Part shown: positions 51,287 through 64,000 of the stretch, one piece after another
How the letters are laid out: the number at the start of each line of letters is the position of its first letter
Numbering within the stretch: the stretch's first letter is position 1
Origin: an uncultured Acidobacteriota bacterium
Lineage (GTDB): Bacteria > Acidobacteriota > Vicinamibacteria > Fen-336
NCBI GenBank assembly: GCA_963720545.1
Contig: OY970399.1
Coordinates: forward strand, 416,001-480,000
DNA length: 64,000 nucleotides
Reading direction: 5' to 3'
Position numbers and translations under genes: made by a program
Notes under the pieces: model-generated
Database searches by the model: none
What the model was told of the DNA's origin: nothing
Seen by the model: only the letters and a program-made list of their open reading frames with translations

Positions 51287-53361
51287 TGCGCTGCTCCTGC
51301 GCCCACGGCCGTCAGCGTCAGCGAGCGGGCGGCGAACTTCGGCGCGTTGGCGCCGCCCTCACGAAGCTCACGCGGGTAGGACAGCTCGAACGTGTTGAAT
51401 CCGGGCCGCAGCGACTCAGCCGGAACCGTGAACCGCAGGCTGCCGGCCGTATCCTGGAGAGGTGCCGTTCCTGTGCGCGTCCCATTCACGCTCAGGGTCA
51501 GCGACGGCAGCTCGTGGCTGCCGAGGCGCCAGGCAACGAGCGTCGCGAAGAAAGGCTGCGGCGTGCGCACCGGCACGATCAGAGTCGGTCGGCGCGAAAC
51601 GTTCTGCCGATACGAAGGCTCGGCGCCCGCCTGCACCACGTCGCTCCAACCCGGCCCGATGACGATGCGGGGCGCGGCAATGGCCGGGCCGTCGGTCGCG
51701 TCAGCCTCATCCAGGGTGCGCTCGGCTTCGTCGTTCCAGCCCGCGCCGCTGTCGGGGAGGCGCACGCGAATAGGGTCGAGATCGGTAGCCACCGCGGCAT
51801 AGTGCTCGTCCAGATAGGCAGAGATCTCGGGCGACACCGTTCGCAGGTAGACGTCGGAAAAAATCAACCGCGGCGTGGCGGCGCCGCTGCGCAGGGCTTC
51901 GAGCAAGCGGTCGCGCTCCCCTTCGGGCCAGGTCTGGCGCAGGTGGCCGAGGAAGATCCAGTAGTAGTAAGCGTGGCGCCGGAAGGCACCGAGACCCGTG
52001 TAGCCGTCCATCACCGTATCTGCAGCGCGCGTGTTCTGCTGGACGAAGCGCAGCTTCGCGAGCGTCTGGTCGTTGCGCCACTCGAAGACACGCCGCTGCA
52101 GCGCCAGCGGGTGGATGCAGATCCCCAGCGCGACGACGGCGAGCGCCGGGTGCTGGAGGCCGCGCACCGCAAGAGTTCCAGCCAGGAGCGCGGTGCCCAC
52201 GGCGAGCGTCGCGACCGAGCCGGGATGAGCGAACCCCGGATGGCCGAGGCGCCAGACGAGCGCCAGCGCTCCGGCGCCGAGCAGGAGGAAGCCGATGTCT
52301 TCGTGGTACCCGCGACCGTCCCGGGCGAGCGCAGCCACCGCGGCGACGAGCCCCTCTGCTGCGAAGAGGGCGACGAGCGGGAAGAACAAGACGAAGTAGT
52401 GGCGCGTCGGCTCGGGCAGCAGGAACAGGCCGATGGCCATCGCGATGGCCGTGGCCGACAGCAACAGGTCACCGCTGCGCCCCGAGTCGCCCGTGAAACC
52501 GCGGACGAACACGCGCAGGCACCAGACCATCCCGAGCGCCGAGATCACCGGGTTGTCGCGAAACACCTCGAGCACGAAGCCGCCTGGCCCGCTGCCGGGC
52601 ACCCAGCCGGCAACTACGTCGAAGTTGCCCCGCCAGAATGCGCCGAGCGCGCCCTTCCACCAGAAGTACACGAGCGTGACGATTGTCGGCAGGAAGCCCG
52701 CGAACGAGAACGCCGCAATGTGGCGGATCCGGGCGCCAACCGGTTGGACGCTCGCGCTCGCAGGCGATGCCAGGTACGCGATCACGAACACGCCGACGCC
52801 GAGGATGCCGAACACGGTCTTCTGGGTCAGCATCACGCTCGCGCCGAGCAGGAAGCCGCTCCAGCCGAAGAGCGAAGTCTCGCCGCGCGCGGCGCGCACC
52901 AGCAGCAGCAGGCCGCTCAGCAGGCACGCGGCGGCGGGGCCGTCGGGGCGGATCTCCAGGCTCTTCTGCAGGAACATGACAATGAGGCCGAGGAGCGCCG
53001 TGCCGAGCCACGCGACCTCGCTGCCGCGCCACAGGCGGCCGAGGCGGAACGTCAGCCACAGTATGGTGCCGGTGAACACCCACATCCACAGGCGGGCGAA
53101 CGTCAGGAAAGCGGCGGCCGCGGCCGCATTGCGCTCGGTGTCGAAGAACGGCAGGTACGCCGACAGGAAGAAGTGCAGCCAGGGCGTGTGATGCTCGAAG
53201 AAGTCCCGGTACATGACGAGGCCCTGCGAGATGTTCCAGGCGTTGTGGACGTGTTCGAGTTCGTCAGGGTCGAATTCTCGCACCCGCAGTAGCAGCAGTC
53301 GCGCCGCAAATGGCAAGGCGGCGAGCGGTGCCGCGACGAAGGGCAGGATGCGCGCGCGCAT
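51283..53361 (-). CDS. Polytopic membrane glycosyltransferase (GT-C-like) with C-terminal beta-sandwich
   Basis: FDPDELEH, YRDFFEHHTP, EIRPD, many TM segments. Confidence 0.72.
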   Translation of the reverse strand: MRARILPFVAAPLAALPFAARLLLLRVREFDPDELEHVHNAWNISQGLVMYRDFFEHHTPWLHFFLSAYLPFFDTERNAAAAAAFLTFARLWMWVFTGTILWLTFRLGRLWRGSEVAWLGTALLGLIVMFLQKSLEIRPDGPAAACLLSGLLLLVRAARGETSLFGWSGFLLGASVMLTQKTVFGILGVGVFVIAYLASPASASVQPVGARIRHIAAFSFAGFLPTIVTLVYFWWKGALGAFWRGNFDVVAGWVPGSGPGGFVLEVFRDNPVISALGMVWCLRVFVRGFTGDSGRSGDLLLSATAIAMAIGLFLLPEPTRHYFVLFFPLVALFAAEGLVAAVAALARDGRGYHEDIGFLLLGAGALALVWRLGHPGFAHPGSVATLAVGTALLAGTLAVRGLQHPALAVVALGICIHPLALQRRVFEWRNDQTLAKLRFVQQNTRAADTVMDGYTGLGAFRRHAYYYWIFLGHLRQTWPEGERDRLLEALRSGAATPRLIFSDVYLRTVSPEISAYLDEHYAAVATDLDPIRVRLPDSGAGWNDEAERTLDEADATDGPAIAAPRIVIGPGWSDVVQAGAEPSYRQNVSRRPTLIVPVRTPQPFFATLVAWRLGSHELPSLTLSVNGTRTGTAPLQDTAGSLRFTVPAESLRPGFNTFELSYPRELREGGANAPKFAARSLTLTAVGAGAAQ

Positions 53362-53428
53362 TTGGTCAGGACGCAGGTTAGCGACGCGCCCTCTTTAGTC
53401 CAAACAGGCGCTTAGAATCGCCTCCTCC

Positions 53429-55645
53429 TTGCGCCACGTCACGCGAACCGCCCTCGCCTTCGCAGCCTTCCTCGCCCTGGCCGCGGCCACGACCTGGCCG
53501 CTCGCACTGGCACCGCGCGAGCGCCTTCCGGACAACGCCGACGCCCTGCACTTCGCCTGGTCCACCGCGTGGGTTTCGCACCAGATCGTGCGCAACCCGC
53601 TCGCCGCCTTCCACGCGAACATCTTCTTCCCCGATCCTGCGGCGCTGGCCTACGGCGAGCCGGTTATTGGCGAGGCGCTCCTCGCCTGGCCCATCCTTGC
53701 CGCAACCAAAGACGCCGCCCTCACATACAACTTGCTGTTGATCTTGACCATCGGCCTCGGCGGGTTCTTCACGTTCCTGATGGTTCGCGAGATCTCGGCT
53801 AACGCCGGTGCCGCGTTTCTGGCCGGCGAGATCTTCGCGCTCACCAGCGCCAACTACGACTCGGCAGCCCGCATTCAGATCGTCTCGAGCCAGTGGACGC
53901 CGCTCGTCTTCTATTTCCTGGTCCGTCTCCTGCGCGGCCGCCGCGTGCGCGACGGGATCTTCTGCGGCGCCGCGTTTGCACTGCAGTGCTTGAGCTGCAG
54001 CTACTACGGCCTCTTCGTCGCGACGCTCCTGGTGTTGAGCGTGCCGCTCCTCGTCGCCATGCTGCCGCGGCCGCGGCTTCGGAATGTTCCATGGCGGGGG
54101 CTCGCCGCCGGCATCGCTGTCGCCACCGTGGCGGTCGCGCCGGCGGCGCTCGTCCAGTTCCGGCAGCTGCACTCGGTCGGCGCGGAGCGCACCTTGCGGC
54201 CCGGTGCACTCGTCGGCTCGAGCTACCAGCAGACGCTGCCGACAAACTGGGTTTATGGCGCGCGCTTCGGGGGCGCTGCCGCTTACGACGACCGGCACTT
54301 CCAGGGTTTCATCCCGCCGGCTCTCGCCGCCGCCGGCTTGCTCTGCCTGCGACGCCGGCAGTCCGTGGACTCGGCCATGGGCAGCGACGCCAACCGCTGG
54401 TTCGTTTTCTTCGCGGCGCTTGGCGTCCTCGCTTACCTTTTTGCCTGCGGCCGCGACGTGCCCCTGCCCGGCGGCTCGCTGCCCGGCCCGTACCGCCTGC
54501 TGCACGAATTCGTCCCCGGGTACGCACAGACGCGCGTGCCGTCGCGCTTTGTCATGGTGGTGCGCCTCGCTCTCGCGGTGCTCGCGGCCTCGGGCGCGGC
54601 GTGGCTCATCGCGGTGCTGACGCGCCACCGCAGTGCCTTTGGCGCCGTCGCCTTCGCCTGCCTGGCACTGGCCTTGCCTTTCGAACACCTCGCGACACCG
54701 CTGCCGACGTGGACCGTCCCGAGCGGCGCCACGGTTCCGGACGCCTACCGCTTCCTTCCCACGCTGCCGCCGGGGTCGGCGATCCTCGAATTCCCGCCGA
54801 ACCCGATCCGCGGCCGGCGGCAGGAGTCGCTCTGGATGCTGCTCGCCACCCGCCACTGGCGCCCCATCGTCAACGGCTTCAGCAGCTACTACCCCCTGCA
54901 GCACGAGTTTGTCATCGACTCGTTGCTCGAGGAGTTTCCGAGCGTACGCACGTTGCGCATGCTGCGCACCCTGGGGGTCACGCACGTCGTTTTCCATCCT
55001 GACATGGAGCGCTACTCGGAGTCGGCCGACGCGGCGCAACGCTTTGCCCGCAAGGCGCCACGCTTCGGCAACGACCTGACGCTGGTGCGCTCCTTCGACG
55101 ACCGCCGCCGTTTCAGCACCGAACTCGGCGTGATCGGCGGCGAGCAGGTCTATGCCTTGACGCCGCTCTTGCCGCGCCGCAAAGAGGCGATCGACTCGTG
55201 GCCGCGCGTTCGCCCGCGCACCTGGCAGTGCGAGAGCTCGCCTGCAACCGCCGCTTGCGCGGAGGCATTCGACGGCGACCTCGCGACCGAGTTCGGGACC
55301 GGCCGCACGCAGGTGCCGCAGGACCGCTGGCGGATCACGTTCGCGGCTCCGCTGCGCCTCTCGGCCGTGTCGCTCGTCTGCGGACGCCGCGCGGCGGCCT
55401 ATCCCCGCAACGCCCGCATCTTCGGCCGCGTCGGCTCCGATTGGCTGCCGCTCGCATCCTGGTCCGACTTCGACGAGACCCGATTCCTCGAAGCTCTCCT
55501 CGCGCGTTCGCCGCGCGCCAGCATCGACATGGCCTTCGCGGCAACCGAGGTGACCGGCATCGAGGTGCGCATCGACCCGCCCGACTGGATCATCAGCCCG
55601 TGGTCGCAGCCCGAGGTGGAGCTGGTCGCGGCCCCCGGGCGCTAG
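53429..55645 (+). CDS. YfhO-like polytopic membrane protein (probable GT-C) with C-terminal discoidin-like domain
   Basis: FHANIFFP..LAYGE, RVPSRF, PIVNGFSSY, AFDGDLAT; TTG start. Confidence 0.7.
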   Translation: MRHVTRTALAFAAFLALAAATTWPLALAPRERLPDNADALHFAWSTAWVSHQIVRNPLAAFHANIFFPDPAALAYGEPVIGEALLAWPILAATKDAALTYNLLLILTIGLGGFFTFLMVREISANAGAAFLAGEIFALTSANYDSAARIQIVSSQWTPLVFYFLVRLLRGRRVRDGIFCGAAFALQCLSCSYYGLFVATLLVLSVPLLVAMLPRPRLRNVPWRGLAAGIAVATVAVAPAALVQFRQLHSVGAERTLRPGALVGSSYQQTLPTNWVYGARFGGAAAYDDRHFQGFIPPALAAAGLLCLRRRQSVDSAMGSDANRWFVFFAALGVLAYLFACGRDVPLPGGSLPGPYRLLHEFVPGYAQTRVPSRFVMVVRLALAVLAASGAAWLIAVLTRHRSAFGAVAFACLALALPFEHLATPLPTWTVPSGATVPDAYRFLPTLPPGSAILEFPPNPIRGRRQESLWMLLATRHWRPIVNGFSSYYPLQHEFVIDSLLEEFPSVRTLRMLRTLGVTHVVFHPDMERYSESADAAQRFARKAPRFGNDLTLVRSFDDRRRFSTELGVIGGEQVYALTPLLPRRKEAIDSWPRVRPRTWQCESSPATAACAEAFDGDLATEFGTGRTQVPQDRWRITFAAPLRLSAVSLVCGRRAAAYPRNARIFGRVGSDWLPLASWSDFDETRFLEALLARSPRASIDMAFAATEVTGIEVRIDPPDWIISPWSQPEVELVAAPGR

Positions 55646-56556
55646 AGGATCTTCTTCCCCAGCAGCGAGCAGATGAGGCCGATGCCGAAGCGGGCGGTGC
55701 CGTTGCGCTCGTCGAGGATCGGGTTCACTTCGACGAATTCGGCGGAGATTACCTTGCCACTGTCGGCCAGCATCTCCATCGCGAGGTGCGCCTCGCGATA
55801 GGAGAGGCCGCCGGGCGACGGCGTGCCGACCCCCGGTGCGAAGTCGGGATCGATCGCGTCGAGGTCGAAGCTCACGTGGATGCCGGCGGTGCCGTTGCCC
55901 GCGAGCTTGATCGCCTCTTCCATCACCGAGCGCATGCCGTGCTCGTCGATGTCACGCATGGTGAAGCCGCGGACGCCTGTCGCGGCGATGTTCTTGCGCT
56001 CCGGCACGTCCACGTCCCGCAGCCCGACGATGGCGGCGCGCGAGCCCTCGACCATCGGCACCGCGCCGGCGAGCTTCGTCAGCGCATCCGGCCCAAGACC
56101 GAGGGCGGTGGCGCAGGGCATGCCGTGAATGTTGCCCGACGGGCTCGTCTCGGGGGTGTTGTGGTCGCCGTGGGCGTCGAACCAGATGAGGCCGACCTTC
56201 TGCTTCTTGCGGCGATGGTAGCGCGACACGCCGGCGATCGTCCCCATCGCAATGGAGTGGTCGCCGCCGAGCACCAGCGGCAGGCTGCCCGCGGCGAGGG
56301 TCTTCTCCACCTGGTCGCGCAGGCGTTCGCAGGTCGCCTTGATCTCCTTCAGGTACTTGAGCTTCGGATCGCCGACCGACTGCGTCTCCTGGATCGGCAC
56401 GTCGATGTCGCCGGCGTCGTCCACGTCAAAGCCCAGCTCGGAAATGCGCTCATGAAGCTCGGCGACGCGGAAGGCCGAAGGCCCCATGTCCACACCGCGG
56501 CGGCCGGCGCCGAGGTCGAGGGGCACGCCGATGACGGTAACTCTCTTGCGGGCCAT
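55642..56556 (-). CDS. rocF: Arginase
   Basis: GVDMGP, LGGDHS, DAHGD.NT, SGNIHGMP, SFDLDAIDP, EVNP. Confidence 0.95.
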   Translation of the reverse strand: MARKRVTVIGVPLDLGAGRRGVDMGPSAFRVAELHERISELGFDVDDAGDIDVPIQETQSVGDPKLKYLKEIKATCERLRDQVEKTLAAGSLPLVLGGDHSIAMGTIAGVSRYHRRKKQKVGLIWFDAHGDHNTPETSPSGNIHGMPCATALGLGPDALTKLAGAVPMVEGSRAAIVGLRDVDVPERKNIAATGVRGFTMRDIDEHGMRSVMEEAIKLAGNGTAGIHVSFDLDAIDPDFAPGVGTPSPGGLSYREAHLAMEMLADSGKVISAEFVEVNPILDERNGTARFGIGLICSLLGKKIL

Positions 56557-56640
56557 ATCTGCCGGGCAAGCTACCACGCGCCTCAAAAGCCGGTCAACGC
56601 GGCCGGCGGCGCCGCGCCGATGTAACCTTGACGTAAACGT

Positions 56641-58020
<1,380 letters not shown>

Positions 58021-58024
58021 GGCG

Positions 58025-59731
58025 ATGAGCACGGCGCTGGACGTGGTCGCGATCCTGGTGAAGCAGGGCGTGCTGAGCGAGGAGCAGGCCGAGAAGGTGC
58101 GGCGCGCTTCGCGCCTCGGCACCGTGAGCGCCGAGCAGACGGCCCTGCAGCTGGGCCTCGCGAACGAGGCGCAGGTGGCGCAGGCATTCGCGCGCGAGGC
58201 CTCGCTCCCCTACGTCAAGATCAACCCGCTCGACCTCGACCTCGACGTCGTCACCAAGGGCGTCTCCGGGCCGTTCGCGCGCAAGCACGGCATCGTCGCC
58301 ATCGCCAAGAGCGAAACCAGCATCACCATCGCGCTGCACGATCCGTTCGCGCCGTTCCCGACCGCCGACATCCGCCAGGCCACCGGGCTCGAGGTCACGC
58401 GCGTGGTGGCGAGCCGCAGCGACGTCGAGCGCGTCAACCGCGGCTTCTACGACCTGCACACGAGCCTCAAGAATGCGGAGCGGCAGCTGACCGCGAGCCG
58501 CCTCGGTTCGATCGACATCTCGAACACCGAGTACCTGTCGTCGGAGTCGAAGGAACTGGACCCGGCAGCGGCGCCGGTGGTGAAGGCGCTCGACCACATC
58601 ATGGGCTACGCGTTCGAACAGCGCGCCTCCGACATCCACTTCGAGCCGAAGCGCGAGTTCACGCTGGTCCGCTTGCGCATCGACGGGCTGCTGCACGACG
58701 TGCACCTGATCCCGAAGATCGTCTACCAGGCGGTGGTCTCGCGGGTGAAGCTGCTCTCGGGCTGCAACATCGCCGAGAAGCGCCGGCCGCAGGACGGCCG
58801 CATCAAGCGCGACCACAACGGCCGCGAGGTCGAGCTGCGCGTTTCGGTGATGCCGACGGTGTTCGGCGAGAAGGCCGTGCTGCGCATCTTCGACCCCGAC
58901 ATCCTGCTGCAGGGTGTCGACCAGCTGGGCTTTGCGGCCGCCGACCTGCCGAAATTCCACGATTTCATCGCGCGCCCCACCGGCATCATCCTGGTCACCG
59001 GACCGACCGGCAGCGGCAAGACGACGACGCTCTACTCGGTGCTCAAGCACCTGAGCGGCCCGGAGGTGAACATCGTCACCATCGAGGACCCGATCGAGAT
59101 GGTGCACGAGGACTTCAACCAGGTGGCGGTGCGCCCGCAGCTCGACGTCACCTTCGCGAGCGCGCTGCGCACCATGCTGCGCCAGGACCCGGACATCATC
59201 ATGGTCGGCGAGATTCGCGACTCGGAGACCGCCGACAACGCGGTGCAGGCGGCGCTCACCGGCCACCTGGTGCTCTCGACCCTGCACACCAACGACGCGC
59301 CGTCGGCGATCACCCGGCTCCTCGACCTGGGCGTGCCGCACTTCCTGCTCACCTCGACGATCATCGGCGTCCTCGCGCAGCGGCTGGTGCGCGAGAACTG
59401 CACCAAGTGCGTCGAGGATTACGCACCCACCGCCGAGGAAGCAGCGGCGCTGCGCATGGATTTCGCCAAGCTGCAGGCCTACCGCTTCAAGAAGGGCCGC
59501 GGCTGCATCCACTGCCGCGAGACCGGCTACCACGGCCGCACCGGCATCTTCGAGGTGATGCCGCTGTCGGAGAAGATCCGGCGGCTGGTGTCGACGCAGT
59601 CGAGCTCGCGCGACATCTGGGCTGCGGCGCGCGAGGAGGGTATGCGCACGCTGCGCGAGGCCGGCGTCGAGAAGATCTTCCGCGGCACGACGACCGTGTC
59701 GGAAGTCGTGAGGGTCACCGGCCGCACCTGA
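58025..59731 (+). CDS. GspE/PilB-family secretion ATPase
   Basis: ASDIHFEP, RPQDGR, GPTGSGKTTT, EDPIE, LRQDPD, TGHLVLSTLH, CxxC..CxxC. Confidence 0.93.
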   Translation: MSTALDVVAILVKQGVLSEEQAEKVRRASRLGTVSAEQTALQLGLANEAQVAQAFAREASLPYVKINPLDLDLDVVTKGVSGPFARKHGIVAIAKSETSITIALHDPFAPFPTADIRQATGLEVTRVVASRSDVERVNRGFYDLHTSLKNAERQLTASRLGSIDISNTEYLSSESKELDPAAAPVVKALDHIMGYAFEQRASDIHFEPKREFTLVRLRIDGLLHDVHLIPKIVYQAVVSRVKLLSGCNIAEKRRPQDGRIKRDHNGREVELRVSVMPTVFGEKAVLRIFDPDILLQGVDQLGFAAADLPKFHDFIARPTGIILVTGPTGSGKTTTLYSVLKHLSGPEVNIVTIEDPIEMVHEDFNQVAVRPQLDVTFASALRTMLRQDPDIIMVGEIRDSETADNAVQAALTGHLVLSTLHTNDAPSAITRLLDLGVPHFLLTSTIIGVLAQRLVRENCTKCVEDYAPTAEEAAALRMDFAKLQAYRFKKGRGCIHCRETGYHGRTGIFEVMPLSEKIRRLVSTQSSSRDIWAAAREEGMRTLREAGVEKIFRGTTTVSEVVRVTGRT

Positions 59732-60651
59732 TGGACAACGTCACCCATACGCTCTGCTCGCTGGCGGTGGCGCGCGCCGGCGCCGCCGCGCGCCTCGGGC
59801 CCGGTAGCACTGCGTGCCTGCTGATCGCCGGGAACGCGCCCGACCTCGACATCGTGACCGCCGCGCAGGGCAGCCTCGCCTACCTCGCCCATCACCGTGG
59901 CTTCACCCACGGCCTCGCCGGCGCGGTGGTGGTCGCGATGCTGGCGGGGCTGCTGGTGCGCCTGTGCGTGCGTGGCTCACGCCTGCGCCCGCTGTTCGTT
60001 GCCGGGCTCGCCGGCACGTCGCTCCACATCTTCATGGACCTGTGGACGAGCTACGGCACGCGCGCACTGCTCCCGTTCGACAAGACCTGGTACGCGTGGG
60101 ATCTCGTCTCGATCATCGACCCGTGGATCCTCGCGACGCTCGCCCTCTGCCTGTTCGTCGTGGGCCGCGGCGGCCGCCGGCGCGCGGGTGCCGTTGCCGC
60201 GCTGGCGCTCGTCGCGGGTTACGTCGGCGTGCGCGCAGGGCTGCACCAGCGCGCGCTGGGCGTCGTCCGCACGCAGCTCGGTGGCCAGCCGGTGCGCCGC
60301 GTGTCGGCGTTGCCGAGCTCACGCAACCCCATGCGGTGGCGGATCGTCGCCGACACGGGAAGCGCGTGGCAGACCGGCACTCTCGACCTGCGCACCGGCA
60401 CCGCGGCGCTTCTGGTGCGGCCCAAGGCGCAGTCGCCGGCGGTCGCCGCGGCCTGGGCGAAGAGCGCGGTCGCCGGCACCTTCCTCGACTTCTCTCCCTA
60501 TCCCCTGCTGAGCGTCAGCGAGCAGGAGGACGGCACCCAGCTCGTCTGGAGGGACCTGCGCTTCGAGGGCAGCGCGCGGCGCAACTCGTTCGTCGCCACG
60601 GTGGTGGTTGCGCCCGACGGCACCATCGTGCGCGAGCGCTTTTCGTTCTAG
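59731..60651 (+). CDS. Inner-membrane metal-dependent hydrolase (YdjM-like)
   Basis: MDNVTH, PDLD, HRGFTH, HIFMD..TSYG, IIDP. Confidence 0.85.
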   Translation: MDNVTHTLCSLAVARAGAAARLGPGSTACLLIAGNAPDLDIVTAAQGSLAYLAHHRGFTHGLAGAVVVAMLAGLLVRLCVRGSRLRPLFVAGLAGTSLHIFMDLWTSYGTRALLPFDKTWYAWDLVSIIDPWILATLALCLFVVGRGGRRRAGAVAALALVAGYVGVRAGLHQRALGVVRTQLGGQPVRRVSALPSSRNPMRWRIVADTGSAWQTGTLDLRTGTAALLVRPKAQSPAVAAAWAKSAVAGTFLDFSPYPLLSVSEQEDGTQLVWRDLRFEGSARRNSFVATVVVAPDGTIVRERFSF

Positions 60652-61235
60652 CTGAACGGCCGCGAGAAGTGCGTCGCCTCGAACCCGAGCAGCTTCGCGC
60701 CCGCATGCTTCCAGGCGCCGGGCGGCAGGCCCGCCTTGCGCGCTGTTTGTTCGAGAAACGCCGCTCGGTCCCAGCCCCACGTCACCGGCACCTGCGGCAG
60801 CAGCAGGCCGTGCGCACGGCCTGTTTCGAGGATCAGGCCATGGCGTCCCACGACCACGTCCTCGGGGGCTATCGGAAACGGCTTGCCGAGGAGCGAGACC
60901 TCGATCACGAGCTCGGCGAGTTCCGCGGGCCGCACCGGCTCGAAGCGCGGATCGCGGATCGTGGCGCCTTCCGCGGCGCGTGCCACGCTTTCCACGATGC
61001 CCCAGGGCGACGGAATGTAGCCGACGCAGCCGCGCAGGCCGCCGCCGTCCTTCTCGTGCAGCGAAACGAACGCACCGGTCCACATCGCCTCGTCTACGGC
61101 GACGTGCGGCGGCTGGTTGCCGCGCACCGGCGTGGCGGCTGCGCCGCGCGCCGCGCGTTCGCAGGCGGTGCGCGCCACCGCCAGCAGCCACTGTTGCTCC
61201 TGGGGCGAGATCGCCGGCGCCACGGCGACGCTCAC
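60648..61235 (-). CDS. amrA: AmmeMemoRadiSam system protein A (AMMECR1 family)
   Basis: GAFVSL, LRGCVG, DPRFEPV, EVSLL, GLLLPQV, KAGL. Confidence 0.9.
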   Translation of the reverse strand: MSVAVAPAISPQEQQWLLAVARTACERAARGAAATPVRGNQPPHVAVDEAMWTGAFVSLHEKDGGGLRGCVGYIPSPWGIVESVARAAEGATIRDPRFEPVRPAELAELVIEVSLLGKPFPIAPEDVVVGRHGLILETGRAHGLLLPQVPVTWGWDRAAFLEQTARKAGLPPGAWKHAGAKLLGFEATHFSRPFS

Positions 61236-62068
61236 GCCGCCCGCCAGAACGCGGCGGCGAGGTAGCCCACCACCCGCGAGGCGTCGCGCCCGCCGGCCTC
61301 GCCGCTGTGGCCGTAGCGCAGCGCCGTCGACTGGTTGGCGCCGAGCGCCCCTGCGGCCTTCATCACGCTCACCAGCGGTCCGCCCCCGCACGCATGCTCG
61401 GGGGTATTGCTGAGGCGCGACTGCAGCCGGCCGGCGTCGAAGCGGTTGACGTCGTCCACCACCAGCGAGTCGAGCGCCTGCGCAGTGCGCGCGTCGTGAT
61501 AGTGGCTGAGGTCGCTCGAAGCCAGCAGCACGATGTCCCCGGCTGGCCGCAGTGCGCCGAGTGCCGCCGCGGCGGCGTCGATCGTCTCCTGCGACTGCCA
61601 GCCCATCAGCAGCGGCACGATGCGCGCGTGCGGCGCGACGTACTGCAGGAACGGCAGCTGCATCTCGAGCGCATGCTCGTAGCGGTGCTTGTCGGCGCCG
61701 CTGAAGAACGGTGCGCGCGCCTGCAGCAGCGCCGACGCCACCTCCTCGTTCACGAGCGTGCGGCCCAGCGGCGTGTCCCAGGCGCCGCGCTCATAGACCG
61801 CGATACCGTCGAAGCCGAGGTGGTGGGACGGCCCCAGCAGCACCACCGTCGGATTGGCGCTTTCCCGCAGCAGCGCAAAGCAGTGCGCGGCAACCCGGCC
61901 CGAGTACATCAAACCCGCGTGCGGGGCGACGAGGCCGATGAGCAGGCCGGGGACGGCGGTTCTTGGAACCGCCGCGAGATGAAGGTTCAGCTCGCTGCGC
62001 AACGCTACCGGTTCGCCGGAATACCAGGTTCCTGCAAGGGCTGGCTGGCGGATCATCAGCTCCACCAT
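61232..62068 (-). CDS. amrB: AmmeMemoRadiSam system protein B (MEMO1 family)
   Basis: RQPALAGTWY, PHAGLMYSG, GPSHH, EHALEMQLPFLQ, SSDLSHY, CG, VVGY. Confidence 0.92.
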   Translation of the reverse strand: MVELMIRQPALAGTWYSGEPVALRSELNLHLAAVPRTAVPGLLIGLVAPHAGLMYSGRVAAHCFALLRESANPTVVLLGPSHHLGFDGIAVYERGAWDTPLGRTLVNEEVASALLQARAPFFSGADKHRYEHALEMQLPFLQYVAPHARIVPLLMGWQSQETIDAAAAALGALRPAGDIVLLASSDLSHYHDARTAQALDSLVVDDVNRFDAGRLQSRLSNTPEHACGGGPLVSVMKAAGALGANQSTALRYGHSGEAGGRDASRVVGYLAAAFWRAA

Positions 62069-62090
62069 CGCATACCTCCCTGCAAAACGA

Positions 62091-63699
<1,609 letters not shown>

Positions 63700-63708
63700 C
63701 GCCGTGCC

Positions 63709-64000
63709 CTAGCGGTGGAGGTCGCTGGCCCCGCCGCGCGTCGTCATCGCAGCTTCGCTCGAGCCGCCCGCTGCCGCCGGGCGCCGATCGAGGACCGCCA
63801 CCACTTCGACACCCGCGTCCGCGGCGAGCGAATGAGCACGCGCCCAGTCTCCGGCGCGGATCGCCTGTTCGATGCGGCGCCGCGATTCGGCGACGCTGAG
63901 CGGTGCGCGCGTCGTCGACACACGCGCCGTGGCGCTTGCGATGCGCTCGCGAGGCGGCGCCGACGGCGGACGCTGGACAGCGCTCTCGGCGAGACGCCGG
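63709..64000 (-). CDS. 3' end of a hypothetical protein (possibly DUF4912 family)
   Basis: Open frame to the window edge (RRLAESAVQRPPSAP..); position directly upstream of the GH57 gene. Confidence 0.45.
   Translation of the reverse strand, partial: RRLAESAVQRPPSAPPRERIASATARVSTTRAPLSVAESRRRIEQAIRAGDWARAHSLAADAGVEVVAVLDRRPAAAGGSSEAAMTTRGGASDLHR

Noticed and set aside
49737..55645. tRNA-anchored integrative element
   Set aside because: The block lies on the tRNA 5' side; no integrase or duplicated tRNA 3' end seen

Overview
GC-rich (roughly 70% by eye), densely coding bacterial chromosome segment. Gene content and order suggest Acidobacteriota (inference, not tested). It is mostly core genes: clpC (partial), lolD/lolE, lysS, nusB, ribH, thiolase-hbd-crotonase, leuB plus a fused LeuD-LeuC-type dehydratase, aroC-def-fmt-rsmB-PASTA-rpe-bamD, and tRNA-Val-thrS-infC-rpmI-rplT-pheS-pheT-zapB-zapA-6S RNA-thiL. 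Further on are arginase, sdaA, a gspE/pilB-type ATPase, amrA/amrB and a frameshifted GH57 branching enzyme. No CRISPR array, transposase, integrase or prophage was seen. The best candidates for undescribed biology are: (1) an apparent accessory block (~34.8-41.1 kb) with a 14-repeat propeller/Y_Y_Y receptor wired to a Ser/Thr kinase, a divergent secreted beta-rich protein and a 5'-damaged PAS-GGDEF-EAL gene; (2) a coupled SpoIVB-like S55 peptidase and secreted beta-propeller pair; (3) an ECF sigma factor whose zinc anti-sigma carries a TonB-C-like domain; (4) a class A beta-lactamase homolog lacking Glu166, divergent from ampG; (5) several structured non-coding segments, including a 6S RNA stem that overlaps the thiL ribosome-binding site. 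All calls come from reading motifs by eye; no searches were run.
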